Positions 23,901-35,195 of a stretch of 64,000 nt of DNA are shown piece after piece. The stretch is from Histomonas meleagridis 2922-C6/04-290x (taxonomy: Eukaryota; Protista; Parabasalia): assembly GCA_020184695.1 (NCBI GenBank), contig JAANOX010000270.1, positions 1 through 64,000 of the forward strand. Reading direction: 5' to 3'. The translations under genes and the position numbers were made by a program. Position 1 is the first letter of the stretch, and every line of letters starts with the position of its first letter. The notes below the pieces were generated by a model. The model saw only the letters and a program-made list of their open reading frames with translations. It was not told the origin of the DNA and searched no databases.

Positions 23901-24142
23901 TGGCTATATCTTACCATCAATATTAAAACTATAACTAATTTGTGGATTGATGAAACATGTTCTACGATATTGAGAAGTTCTAAACACTGTAAACAACGTA
24001 TAGCAATGACGTAATTCGGGTAGTGTGCTAACTGTACCTCATTTGTACCCACTTTTAGGCGGTTATTCCCACAATTATCCACTTTTGAATGGTTTGCTTG
24101 GAAATTAAATGATTTTTTGGGGTTTCGGTACACAACACTCAG

Positions 24143-25439
24143 ATGAAAAACCACATGCCTAATGATGGGATTACCATAAGCACAGGAGATAAAAAGTTGG
24201 AAAATTTATCAACCGGCTTGAAATTCCTAATTAAAATTGAGAAAAATATATTCGGTTTAACTGAAGAAAACTTAGAGACGTCAGTTAAAAAAGTATTGGG
24301 AATTTTTGATTCAAATTTTCCATATACATTTAATACTATTATAAGTAACATCGTTTATAATGCATTTTCATCACAAAAACATGAATTTGATATTTCCATA
24401 AATTTTTTTATAGACACTTCAAACGAAAGAAGAAGAAATTAATCAAAATATTGTAAAACTAATCTCAATTCATATCAAACGTATATTTAAAATTAACACA
24501 CAAGAATCATATTATTTAATCGAGAAACTAATTGAACAAAATTTAATTGATAAAAATATCACCAAAAATATTAAATCGAAATATTTTTCGCATTATAAAA
24601 CAGAAATAAAAAATCAAAACCAGATGGCATTTAAATCTAATAGAAATGATCCAATGGAAAAATACTTTTTTGATTATTATGAAGAACTATCAAAGGATGA
24701 TTGGGAGCTTCATAAGCAATTGGTTAAAGAAGGACATAATCCAAATGAAATTGCGAAAATCATTCGAAATGATGAAATAGAAAAACTTCAAGAAATATCA
24801 TCACAAACAAAATTCGATTTTAACCAAACAATCGAACCATCACTTTATGAAAGATGTTCATTCATTAATAAAGAAAATGTTTCATTAATTGATTATACAG
24901 CATTTTTTTCTTCAGTAAAATGTTTTAAATATTTACTTATGAATGGTGCAAAAGTAAATGACGCAGGTAAATATGCAATTGCAGGTGGAAATGAAGAAAT
25001 CATTCATTTGTGTGAACAATATCATTCATCATTTGAAGGTGCATATGAAACAGCAATTGAATTTCATCAAAATGATATCTTTAAATATCTTTATGAAAAT
25101 AAATTAGAAAAAATACAATCAATATCGAAAATGTCTGAGGATAAAACGAAAGGTTTGGTAAGTTTTTGTATTAAAAAAGATAATTATGAAATTTTAACAT
25201 TTTTAGTAGAAAAAGGAATTAATATTAATGCTGATAATATAAATGAATCAGCAAGAAATGGAAATTTATTTCTCTTGAAATATTTCCTTCTAAATAATCA
25301 AGTTCCAAAAAACATTTTGCCATTTGCTTCAGAATCAGGAAATATTGAACTTGTGAAATATGTTTTAGATAAAGAAGGAATTGATGTTAATGCAAAAAAT
25401 ATTCATTTCAATCATTTAATATATGTTTTAATAATTTAG
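24143..25439 (+). CDS. DUF3447/ankyrin protein, locus B, with one frameshift near 24410-24420
   Basis: The 24143-24442 and 24624-25439 ORFs are collinear with loci A and C. The frame of 24624 is open back to about 24420, next to a T homopolymer. Confidence 0.75.
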
Positions 25440-25762
25440 AATATGTTTTAATAATTTGAAATATGTTTTAATAATTTGAAACAGCACTTCATATAGCAGT
25501 TAGAAATAATAATATAGAAATAGTAAAATTACTTTTAGATAAAGGAATTGATGTTAATGCAAAAAATATTCATTTGAATAATTTATTATATGTTTTAATA
25601 ATTTGGAATATGTTTTAACAATATTTAACTGCAATTCAAATTGCACAACAAAAAGGTTACACAGAAATAGTAAATTTACTACGAGAAAAAAGTACAAAAG
25701 AAAATTCATTGTCTTTTATAATAAACATCAAATCTTCACTATCAATAAGAAATGGAAATTAA
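25401..25762 (+). repeat. Spacer-interrupted ankyrin array, locus B (2 modules, 2 spacers)
   Basis: Spacer 25401-25480 (80 nt), module 25481-25567 (TALHIAVRNN...VNAKN), spacer 25568-25627 (60 nt, in-frame TAA), terminal module 25628-25762 ending in TAA. Confidence 0.85.
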
Positions 25763-25906
25763 GCATATATTGCTGTTAGAATTTACTAAAATAAAGATGA
25801 ATTTTTTGATGATAATTTCAATGAATTTTGATTTACAACTATCTCTGTAAGGTTATATTCCACAAGAGATTATATTGATAAACCACAGAAAAAATAAACC
25901 AAGATT

Positions 25907-25963
25907 GTAGGTATATAATGCGGTCGGGACGAGCCCAAGGCAGGTACCACATTATATACCTAC
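25907..25963. other. GC-richer hairpin, candidate structured element
   Basis: 14-bp perfect inverted repeat GTAGGTATATAATG/CATTATATACCTAC, extendable to 18 bp with 1 mismatch, enclosing GGG-ACGAG-CCC. Confidence 0.4.
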
Positions 25964-26556
25964 CTAGATTGTACCTCACTGGAGCCAAAGGAGCAATGCA
26001 AAGGAAAAGCAATTCAAGAAGAAATGGACAGAAAAATGAATGTTCACCCATGGCGTTTATTAGAAGGATTATATCGTTTAATTCAAACAAGTAATAAAAT
26101 AAGAGATCGAATTACGACTCAAATTAATGCAATAAATGAAGAAAATGTACAGTAAATGACCAAAAAGAACAAATCGATTTAATGAGATCTTTAATTCTTA
26201 AACGAGAAATCTGAGTACAATGAAGCCAAAAAAAAGTTGACAATATTAGATTAAGTACATCAGCAATAAATAACACAAAGAACATTCTTAAAGATTCACA
26301 TTACGTTGGTGGATTTGCTCTAAACTTGCCAAGGAAAACGCCGCCGCTGCTATTCGCTAAGTCTATGAGAGCGCTTAAAATTATTTTACCAAAAACTTTT
26401 CTTTGGTGCAGAAGAAAATCAGACCATTGGGATGGAATCCGAAAAGAGCATAAATAAAACCATTTTTGCTCACTGTTTCACAATGATAAAATAATATTTG
26501 TTGAATAAATAGAAACATCTAAATTTTGCTATGGTCGCTCCCCATTAACATATGAA

Positions 26557-27803
26557 GTGTTTAACACGCAAATAATCATAAAATTACCATTTAATATTCA
26601 AACGTTAAAAGAAACAATTTATTATCTCTATACGAAACATATTTATCCACCATATATATTATTTCGATTATCATTTTCATTAGCGTTAAGTTTACTTGAA
26701 TTTAATCCACGACTTTCATGTGGTTTTTTATTTGAAGGATTATATATCTTAAATCAATATATCCCTGAGATATGTCAAGGCGAATTTTGTCGAAGTTCAT
26801 TTTTATTATTTGCGGAGACATTAGAGAAGATTGATTGTTATTATTATTCATCATTATTATTTGATATTTATTTTATTAGTAATCCAGATGACATAAAATT
26901 TAGTAATTCGATTGCACAAATATGTCAACGACATCGTGACATGACACGCGCAGTATTTCATTATACGCAATCGATGAAATCATTTGTATATAATGATAAA
27001 TATGATGAAGCATTATATATTTCACATTTGATTACAAACATTTATGATGAATATTCATTGTTCTTAAGTTCAATTAGTTTATTATCATTTTTATTACAAC
27101 GTTCATATAAAATACCAATTTCAAGAAAGATCGAAATGAATAATGATAATAAATTACAAAATAGAACTTTGCCTGTAATTAAGAATGATATTAAAGTTTG
27201 TAATTTTGAACCTCAATCTTCATCGATTAATACAATGTTAACAGCAATTTATTTAGTCGATTTATTTATTAAGAAACATTACTTTAAATTAGCAAATTCT
27301 TTATTAAAGAACTTAAAATTATCGACAAATAATTTAACATTTATTAAAATCATTGAATATTCAATATCGAAACGTTATTATTATAAAAATAAAATTAATA
27401 AATTTTTCATGTCATTACCATTAATCGAAATTAAACAAAGAAAAAATATAATAAATTCGAAAGTGTCAATGTTAACAGCTTCAAATTTTGATACTTCAAT
27501 TGCTACAATTAAATTATTAATTAATATCTTTAATTCATATGAAGCATTTCGACATTCGTTATATTTCTCGGAATATTTAATACACGTATCTTCCAAAAAT
27601 CCATTTAAAAGATATTGGGTATGCATTGTTATATCGAAGTAAGTCATTAGAAATTGGATACAATCGAATTTACTCAATAACATTTCCATTTTCATGGCAT
27701 ATTAAAAGTATTCCATTTATGAATTTTATACCGAATTCTAAGAACAAAATTAAATTTCAATTATCTATTGCAATAAAAATTAATAAATCTCATTACGATA
27801 TTT
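26557..27803 (+). pseudogene. Helical/TPR-like protein fragment; ORF 26557-27642 with a frameshifted continuation to about 27803
   Basis: 361-aa ORF starting at GTG with no clear ATG. A second frame continues KDIGYALLYRSK... to a TGA near 27803. Confidence 0.45.
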
Positions 27804-28170
27804 GAATTGGGTCGTGTAAAAATATATTATGATATTTCCACCTAATAAGAAAATAATTTCAATACATATCTGGTCGGACAATACTGTTAACGTACGATAA
27901 CAGAAATATGTTATCAAATATTTGATCACTTATTTGGTTGATTGAGTTTTTGATTGCCATGTGTCACTTTTAACCGCCGACTTTTTCTGTGGTTTATTTT
28001 TTACAACATTGAATTTGAAGTATTCAAAATTGATTAAGGATATTTTTCAAATGTCATTAGTTGAAGTAATAATCATAATGTTGATTGAGAAATAGATTTA
28101 TATTATTTAAAAATAATATATATTCGAATTAGATTGATCTCAATATTTGAAATTAATAATTTAAATTGAT

Positions 28171-28240
28171 AATGATTTATTTATTAATGATTTATTTATT
28201 AATGATTTATTTATTAATGATATATTTATTAATGATATAT
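28171..28240. repeat. 15-bp minisatellite (AATGATTTATTTATT), about 4.7 copies
   Basis: AATGAT at 28171, 28186, 28201, 28216 and 28231. Confidence 0.85.
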
Positions 28241-28290
28241 TAATTTAATTTTAAAAAAAAAAGAATATAAAATTTAATTAATTTATATTT

Positions 28291-28797
28291 TTATTTAATA
28301 TTTTTATTGTTGTTCTTTTGTTTCTTTAGGTTCTTCCTTAGTTTCTTCTTTAGGTTCTTCTTTTTTCTCGGTATTTTCTGATTTAATTGCAGGTTTTTCT
28401 TCATTTTTACTCTTTTAATTTTAGAAATATAAGTCTTTTCTCCATCATTAGTTTGTTCACGAATTTCTTCGAATTTTTCATTACCATTAAAGTATCTTTG
28501 TGATGAATAAGTTCTATAATAATTTTGTGGAATATAATTTTCATTCTTTTTAACAATCTTTTGTTGTGTTTCTTCTTTAGGTTTTTCTTCTTTTTGTTCC
28601 TTTTGTTCTTTCTCTTCTTTAGGTTTATCTTGTTCAATCATATTATTAAATTCTTCATCAAATGCATCAGCAAATAAAGAATTTAAACGATGTTCAAGAT
28701 TATTAAAGTATCTATTCATGGCATTAAATGGATGATAAATTCTTATTGGTCTATATTCGAATGGATCATAAAATGGATCAGTAAAATAACCAAACAT
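28291..28797 (-). CDS. Small hydrophilic Glu/Lys-rich protein, frameshifted near 28405
   Basis: Starts MFGYFTDPFYDPF, with Inr TCATTT at 28805-28810. An acidic C-terminus (NEEKPAIKSENTEKKEEPKEE...QQ-stop) lies in a different frame from the ORF call. Confidence 0.6.
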   Translation of the reverse strand: MFGYFTDPFYDPFEYRPIRIYHPFNAMNRYFNNLEHRLNSLFADAFDEEFNNMIEQDKPKEEKEQKEQKEEKPKEETQQKIVKKNENYIPQNYYRTYSSQRYFNGNEKFEEIREQTNDGEKTYISKIKRVKMKKNLQLNQKIPRKKKNLKKKLRKNLKKQKNNNKNIK

Positions 28798-28805
28798 AAT
28801 TAAAA

Positions 28806-29885
28806 AATGAAATTAAAGCTTAAATGTTCATTTATAATAACATATTTCAAATTATTAAAATAAATCCAAAATTATTCAAATGAATGGTTTTTGCATTAAC
28901 ATCAATTCCTTTTTGTTCTAAAACATATTTCACTAGTTCAATATTTCTTGATTCTGAAGCAAATAAGAAAATGTTTTTTGGAATTTGATTATTTTGAAGG
29001 AATTATTTCACGAGTTATAAATTTCCATTTCTTGTTGATTTATTTATATTATCAGCACTAACATTAATTTCTTTTTCTTCCAAAAACGCTAAAATTTCGT
29101 AATTATCCTTTGTGATACAAAAACTTATCAAATCATTTTATCTTCAGACATTTTCGATATTGATTGAGTTTTTGATGGCTTATTTTCATAAATATATTTA
29201 AAGATATCGTTTCGATGAAATTCAATTGCTGTTTCATATGCATATGAAGAATGATTTTGTTCACATAAAAAAATGATTTCTTCATTTCCACCTGCAACTG
29301 TATATTTACCTGTGTTATTTACATTAGCATTATTCATAAGTAAATATTTGAAACATTTAACTGATCCAAAAAATACTGCATAATCAATTAACATAACATT
29401 TTTATGATTAATAAATGAATATCTTTCATAAAGTGATTGTTCAATTGTTTGATTAAAATTAAAATTTATGATGATATTTCTTGAAGAAACATTTCTAACT
29501 ATTTTCGCAATTTCCTTTGGACTATGCCCTTCTTTAACTTATTTCTTATGAAGCCCCCAATCATTCTTCGAAAGTCTTCATAATGATTCAAAAAGTATTT
29601 TTCTATTGGATCATTTCTATCAGACACAGTTGCCTTGTGGGTTTATTTTTAGTTTTCTTCTTCTGTTTTATAATGAGCAAAATATTTTGATTTAATATTT
29701 TTAGTGACATTTTTATCAATTGTATTTGGAAAATTTGAATCGAATAATTCCAATACTTTTTTAACTGACACCTGGAGGTTTTCTTCAGTTAAACTGAATA
29801 TAGTTTTCTCAAGCTTAATTAGGAATTTCAAGCTGGTTGATAAATTATTAAAGTTTTTATCTCCTGTTTATTGTGTGAAGTGAAA
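28806..29885 (-). pseudogene. DUF3447/ankyrin pseudogene, locus D (inverted paralogue of locus B)
   Basis: Fragments LIDYAVFFGSVKCFKYLL and MKFLIKLEKTIFSLTEENL match locus B. It ends GIDVNAKT followed by a spacer-like sequence with no downstream module. Confidence 0.8.
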
Positions 29886-30385
29886 TCCTACGGTTAGGCT
29901 GAAATAAACTATTAAAAAAGAAACGATTAGCAACAAGAGGTTCTAGACCTCATAGAAAATATTGAATAATGCATTCAACTCCGCACAAAAGTGAAATGAA
30001 AGCTTTCATTGATTAAACACAATGGAACTCGAAGAACAAAAACTTCAATATCGGATTTCATTATATTCACAGTTGGAAGGTGGCTTAAGAATATTTTGGG
30101 ATAAATGACATAGGTGAGGCATGATATTATTCGAACAGAAACATGGATTGTGAAACATTCAAATGTTTTCCTTGTAAAGTATTCAAAAATTCAATTGAAT
30201 ACATAAATGGTCCATCGTGTTTGAATTAACAAGGCTTTGTTTGGCCGTATATGCATACAATCAGAATTTCATGAAATTTTTTTTCAAAGAAGCGTTCAAC
30301 AAAATCATTGAATAGTTTACACGCATTTCATCCCACCCCGAATTTGTTTGACTGTGAAAATTTTGATTTTAATTTTTCAAGAAAT

Positions 30386-31708
30386 ATGTTCTTTATTTTT
30401 TCTTTGATTATTAGCATTGTTTGTTCTGATGAACTTACAATCCAAGATGTTGAAATTGTTGATGCTAAGAACTATTCTTCTTATAAATCAACAACAAAAC
30501 ATTTGAATATAGGAAAAGGTGTTAAAAACATCTCAAATCAAGCATTTTATCAATGGCCATACCTTGAAGATGTAACGATTGGAGATTCAGTTCTTTATAT
30601 TTTAGAATATGCATTTTCAAAATGTTCAAAATTAAAAAATGTTCAATTAGGCAAGAATGTCAAAGAAATCAAGGACAGTGTATTTCGTGAAACAAGCGTT
30701 GAACAAATTAACATTCCAGATTCTATTGAATATCTTGGTTCGTTTATTTTTTATGAATGTTCTTCATTAAAAACCATTACACTTCCTAATTCCATTGAAG
30801 AGATTCCGACTTATACATTTTATAACTGTTTAAAATTAGGATATGTTGAAATCCCCAAATCGGTCACTCACATTGGTGAATATGCATTTTATAAATGTAT
30901 ATCAATCAAGAACATCACATTTAGCGACAATCTCAAGTCTATCGGCTCCAGTGCATTTCGTATTTGCAAAAACATTACTGAACTTGTTCTTCCCTCCTCG
31001 ATAACTGACTTAGGCACACACATCTTTTCTTCATGCTACAATCTTCGAAACGTCCAATTTAATAGTCTTTCTCCTATCATTCCCAAAAGTATGTTTTATT
31101 TTTGTCATACAATCATTGAATTTACTATTCCCGACACTGTAACTAAAATTGGTGAATATGCATTTGCGCAATGCACCAATATGAAGACCATTCGAATCGG
31201 GAAAGGAGTTAATAATATTACTGACCATGCTTTTTCTGATTGCATTGGCCTTAAATGCATTTGTTATTATGGTGAGAAATCGCCATGTTATGGTTCGAAG
31301 TCTTTCTTTCAAATAAGAATTAACGAAGCATATGTATTAGACTCTTATAAAGATAATACATTTTGCGGATTATCAGTAAAAAAAGGATCGGAATGCAAAG
31401 CTTCTGGTTTTGATATATCGAAAATTCCAATCGGAACATTGGTGTACATTGTCTTGATCACAATGTGCATTGTTATCATCATTGTGTTGGTCTGCTTCAT
31501 ATTATGGAGAACACAAAGAAGGAGATACGCAAATCAACAACAAAATAATTCGTCGTCATCATCGTCAAATAAATTATACGAACAAAATAATTACGTGACT
31601 GAACAGAATTGCGTTTATGAACAACAGTATCCTCCGGTAAGTGATTATGTGCCACAAACTTCAACAGACACACCATCGGTATACTATAATAACCCATATC
31701 AATTTTGA
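30386..31708 (+). CDS. BspA-like LRR_5 type I membrane protein
   Basis: Signal-like MFFIFSLIISIVCS (ATG at 30386; the ORF track starts at 30308), TpLRR repeats (IPDSIEYLGSFIFYECSSLKTI), a TM helix and a Tyr/Gln-rich tail. Confidence 0.9.
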   Translation: MFFIFSLIISIVCSDELTIQDVEIVDAKNYSSYKSTTKHLNIGKGVKNISNQAFYQWPYLEDVTIGDSVLYILEYAFSKCSKLKNVQLGKNVKEIKDSVFRETSVEQINIPDSIEYLGSFIFYECSSLKTITLPNSIEEIPTYTFYNCLKLGYVEIPKSVTHIGEYAFYKCISIKNITFSDNLKSIGSSAFRICKNITELVLPSSITDLGTHIFSSCYNLRNVQFNSLSPIIPKSMFYFCHTIIEFTIPDTVTKIGEYAFAQCTNMKTIRIGKGVNNITDHAFSDCIGLKCICYYGEKSPCYGSKSFFQIRINEAYVLDSYKDNTFCGLSVKKGSECKASGFDISKIPIGTLVYIVLITMCIVIIIVLVCFILWRTQRRRYANQQQNNSSSSSSNKLYEQNNYVTEQNCVYEQQYPPVSDYVPQTSTDTPSVYYNNPYQF

Positions 31709-32049
31709 GATTTAAGTTATTATAAAAATTTTTTTGTAAATTTTTTTAAGCATTTTGAGTTAATCATGAACAACTGAAAACTTTATTAAGACCCATCTTA
31801 AGAAAATTAAATTGATTATTATGAGAGTTATATATTTGTTGTTTTTAGTGATTGTGCTCTCTTTATAATTATAAATTGTTAAAAAATCTTTTGGTTATTA
31901 TAAAAAAAGAAAAGAAAAATCAGTAAACAATCATTACTTGAAGAAACAACCTCTTAACATTAGATTAAAAATAAATTATTTTATAATGAAATTCTTTATA
32001 AAAACAAATCGAAAAATACAATTTTTATTTTAGAAATTTGAAGATATTT

Positions 32050-33256
32050 CTAAGTTTTAGAAAGCATTTCACGTTTCTCATTAATTAACTTTACAATCTC
32101 ACTCAAACCATTTTCGGTTGCTAACATAAACGCTGTTTGAAATAATTTAAATAATTTCCAAATATTATTTTGAAAATTCAAAATATTTAAATAAATTTTA
32201 AATAAAACAAATAAATATTTTTAGCATTAATATCAATTCCTTCTTGTTCGAGAAGTAATTTAACTATTTCTGTATGACCTTTTTCAGATGCATAAATAAA
32301 TGCTGTCCCAAATAATTAAAATAAAATCCAAATATTATTTTGAATCACCAAATAATACTTTGAAGTTCTAAATTATTAAAATGATTATCAAATAAAACAA
32401 ATATATGCCTTTGATATTAATATCAATTCCCTTTTGTTCAAGAAGTAATTTAACTATTTCTGTATGACCACATAAAGATGCTGTAATAAGTGCTGTTCTA
32501 AATAATTTAAATAATTTCCAAATATTATTTTGAAATAAGAAATTATTAAAATGATTTTCAAATAAAACATATCAATATTTTTAGCATTAACATCAATTCC
32601 TTTTTGTTCAAGAAATAATTTAACTATTTCTAAATGTTTGCATTTTACTGCAAACAAAAGTGATGAATCGAAAAATTTAAATAAATTCCAAAAATAAAAT
32701 TGATATTTCAAATTATCATAATTAATATCGAAGAAAACAAAGAAAGGTCTTGAGCATTAATATTAATACCTTCTTTTTCAAGAAGCATTTTTACAATTTC
32801 AATATGGCCTTTCCAAGATGCCCAAATAAGTGCTGTGCAAAATCATTTAAACAATTTCCAAACATTATTTTGAAATCCAAAATAAAAGAAATAAATCATA
32901 AATAAAACAAATTAATATTTTTAGCATTAAAATCAATTTCTTTGTGTTCTAAAAGTAATTTTGCAATTTCCGTGTGACCATTTGTAGCTGCCGTCATAAG
33001 TGCTGTTTCGATATATCTAAATAAAATCTAAATATTATTATAAAGTTCTAAATCATAATTACAAATATAAAATAAAATGAATAAATATCTTTAGCATTAA
33101 TATCAATTCCTTTTTGTTCAAGAAGTAATTTAACTATTTCTATATTACCAGTTAAAGATGCCCATATAAGTGCTGTTCTAAATAATTAAAATAATTTCCA
33201 AATATTATTTTAAAATTTCAAGTCATTCAAAAAAATAAGAATTAAAACAAATGAAT
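32050..33256 (-). repeat. Spacer-interrupted ankyrin array, locus C (7 modules, 7 spacers)
   Basis: Modules at 33176-33087, 33006-32917, 32836-32747, 32666-32577, 32496-32407, 32306-32217, and terminal 32136-32050 ending in TAG. Spacers are 80, 80, 80, 80, 80, 100 and 80 nt. Confidence 0.92.
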
Positions 33257-34408
33257 ACCCTTATCATTAACATCAAATTCTTCTTTTCCTAAAATATATT
33301 CGAAAAGTTCAACATTATTTGATATTGCTGAATATTGCAAAAGATATTTTGGAATTGGATTTGTTTTAATAAGATACTTAGTGAGTAGCATATTTCCATT
33401 TTTAGCTGATTCATTAATGATGTTATCATCAATTTCCATACCTTCTTTAAGTAGAAATGTAAAAATTTCATAATTATGAAATAAAACACATTGAATTCCT
33501 AATTCATTTAAATTAGAAATTTTAAAAATTTTATTTTCGTAAACATATTTAAAAATATCATTTTTGTGAAACACAATTGCTATTACATATGCAAATAAAA
33601 ATGATGAATGATTTTGTTCACATAAATGAATGATTTCTTCGTTTCCACCTGCAATTGCATATAAACCTGTATGATTTACATTAGCGCAATTCAAAAGTAA
33701 ATATTTAAAACATTTAACTGATCCAAAAAATGCTGCATAATCAAGTAATGAAACATTTTTTTGATTAATAAATGAACATCTTTCATAAAGTGATGGTTCA
33801 ATTGTTTGATTAAAATCAAAATTTGTTTGTGATGATATTTCTTGAAGTTTTTCGATATCATCATTTCGAATTATTTTCGCAATTTCATTCGGATTAACTC
33901 CTTCTTTAATCGATTTCTTATATAATTCCCATTTAATCGTCATGTCTTTAAATCGAGGATCGTTTTTAATGTCTTCTTCTGATACATATTGCAAAAAATG
34001 TACCATTTTTTCTTTATCTTGTGTGACAAGTTTTGGATCAACCATTTGTTGGTCAATCATTAGATTAAGAATGTAATATGATTCTTCAAATTGTTTCTTG
34101 AGAAGATATTGGATGAACACATCTAAAATTTTTGATTTGCTTTTCTTTTCCTCCTCGAATTTTTCTATTTCATTAATAAAATGTAAATACATGTCATAAT
34201 CATTCATTCTTATCATAAGAATTATGAAAACTAACTGACTGAGAATTAAATTAAATGATAAAGGATGGCTTTCACTAAATTCGCTTTTGATTGAACAAAT
34301 TGTTTGGTCAACATTTTCTTTGCTTAGGTTAAATACGAGCTCCTTAATTATCAATAATTTTTCCCATTCATTTGTTGGTTTTGATTTTCTTACATTTGTA
34401 TCACTCAT
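33242..34408 (-). CDS. DUF3447/ankyrin-repeat protein, N-terminal uninterrupted part (locus C)
   Basis: Intact 388-aa ORF with the DUF3447 core. It stops 4 codons into the first spacer. Confidence 0.9.
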   Translation of the reverse strand: MSDTNVRKSKPTNEWEKLLIIKELVFNLSKENVDQTICSIKSEFSESHPLSFNLILSQLVFIILMIRMNDYDMYLHFINEIEKFEEEKKSKSKILDVFIQYLLKKQFEESYYILNLMIDQQMVDPKLVTQDKEKMVHFLQYVSEEDIKNDPRFKDMTIKWELYKKSIKEGVNPNEIAKIIRNDDIEKLQEISSQTNFDFNQTIEPSLYERCSFINQKNVSLLDYAAFFGSVKCFKYLLLNCANVNHTGLYAIAGGNEEIIHLCEQNHSSFLFAYVIAIVFHKNDIFKYVYENKIFKISNLNELGIQCVLFHNYEIFTFLLKEGMEIDDNIINESAKNGNMLLTKYLIKTNPIPKYLLQYSAISNNVELFEYILGKEEFDVNDKGIHLF

Positions 34409-34423
34409 TCGATTATGGGATGT

Positions 34424-34429
34424 TAATGA
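34424..34429 (-). promoter_or_regulatory. Inr motif TCATTA upstream of locus C
   Basis: TCAYTW match 16-21 nt upstream of the ATG, within the usual trichomonad distance. Confidence 0.5.
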
Positions 34430-35195
34430 GTATAAATTTTTATATTAAAAAACGATCACAGCTGTTGTGTGACAATATTTGATCACACAAAAGTTGAATG
34501 ACCATTCAATTAAAACTTTCTTATCATAAAAAGTTGGTTGTTTTTTGTCGTTTTCCCTTAAACCCATTCAAATGTCAAGTCCTCATTTGTGAGCAAGTAA
34601 ATGATATCTTTTCATGTCACCTAATGCTTCATGTGTGTGCCTCGGCATATGAAATAATTTCGATGAAAACTCACATGTCACATTGAACAACAGTTGTCAC
34701 ACGCATTTCTAATTAAATATTTAATTTGTTAAAGCCAAATCCAAGACCAATATTGTAAACGCATATACCTAATTGATGAAATATAATGTCCATTCTTAAT
34801 TAATGATAACATTAATTCACATTGGCACTTTCATCCTCCTCATAAATTTCAACAAACATGTTTTTATTTCAAATAAATATAATTTTGATTTTCTCACTGA
34901 AAATAAAACAATGAACAAGCATGTACATAACAAAAGCATTCATTACATGCCAAGTAACAAGAGAGAACTCATAAGGAGTTAAATATTTTCACAAAAAATT
35001 CAAACAGCAAACAACATAAATCATTTACGGCAATGCGTTTCACTCAACAATTCTCTAAATAACAATAGAATAGGTTTTAAGCATATCGTTTCTTCAAATT
35101 TAATAATTTCGTATTTTTATTCCAAAATAACTGCAATCTTTCATATTCTGCATAATATATATTATTTTGATGAAAGTTTTCATTGTAATTTATCA

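Noticed and set aside
32454-32711. Short ORFs 32454, 45409, 46381 and 46840 as separate small membrane proteins
   Set aside because: Each is one ankyrin module plus spacer read-through, so they are parts of the interrupted arrays.
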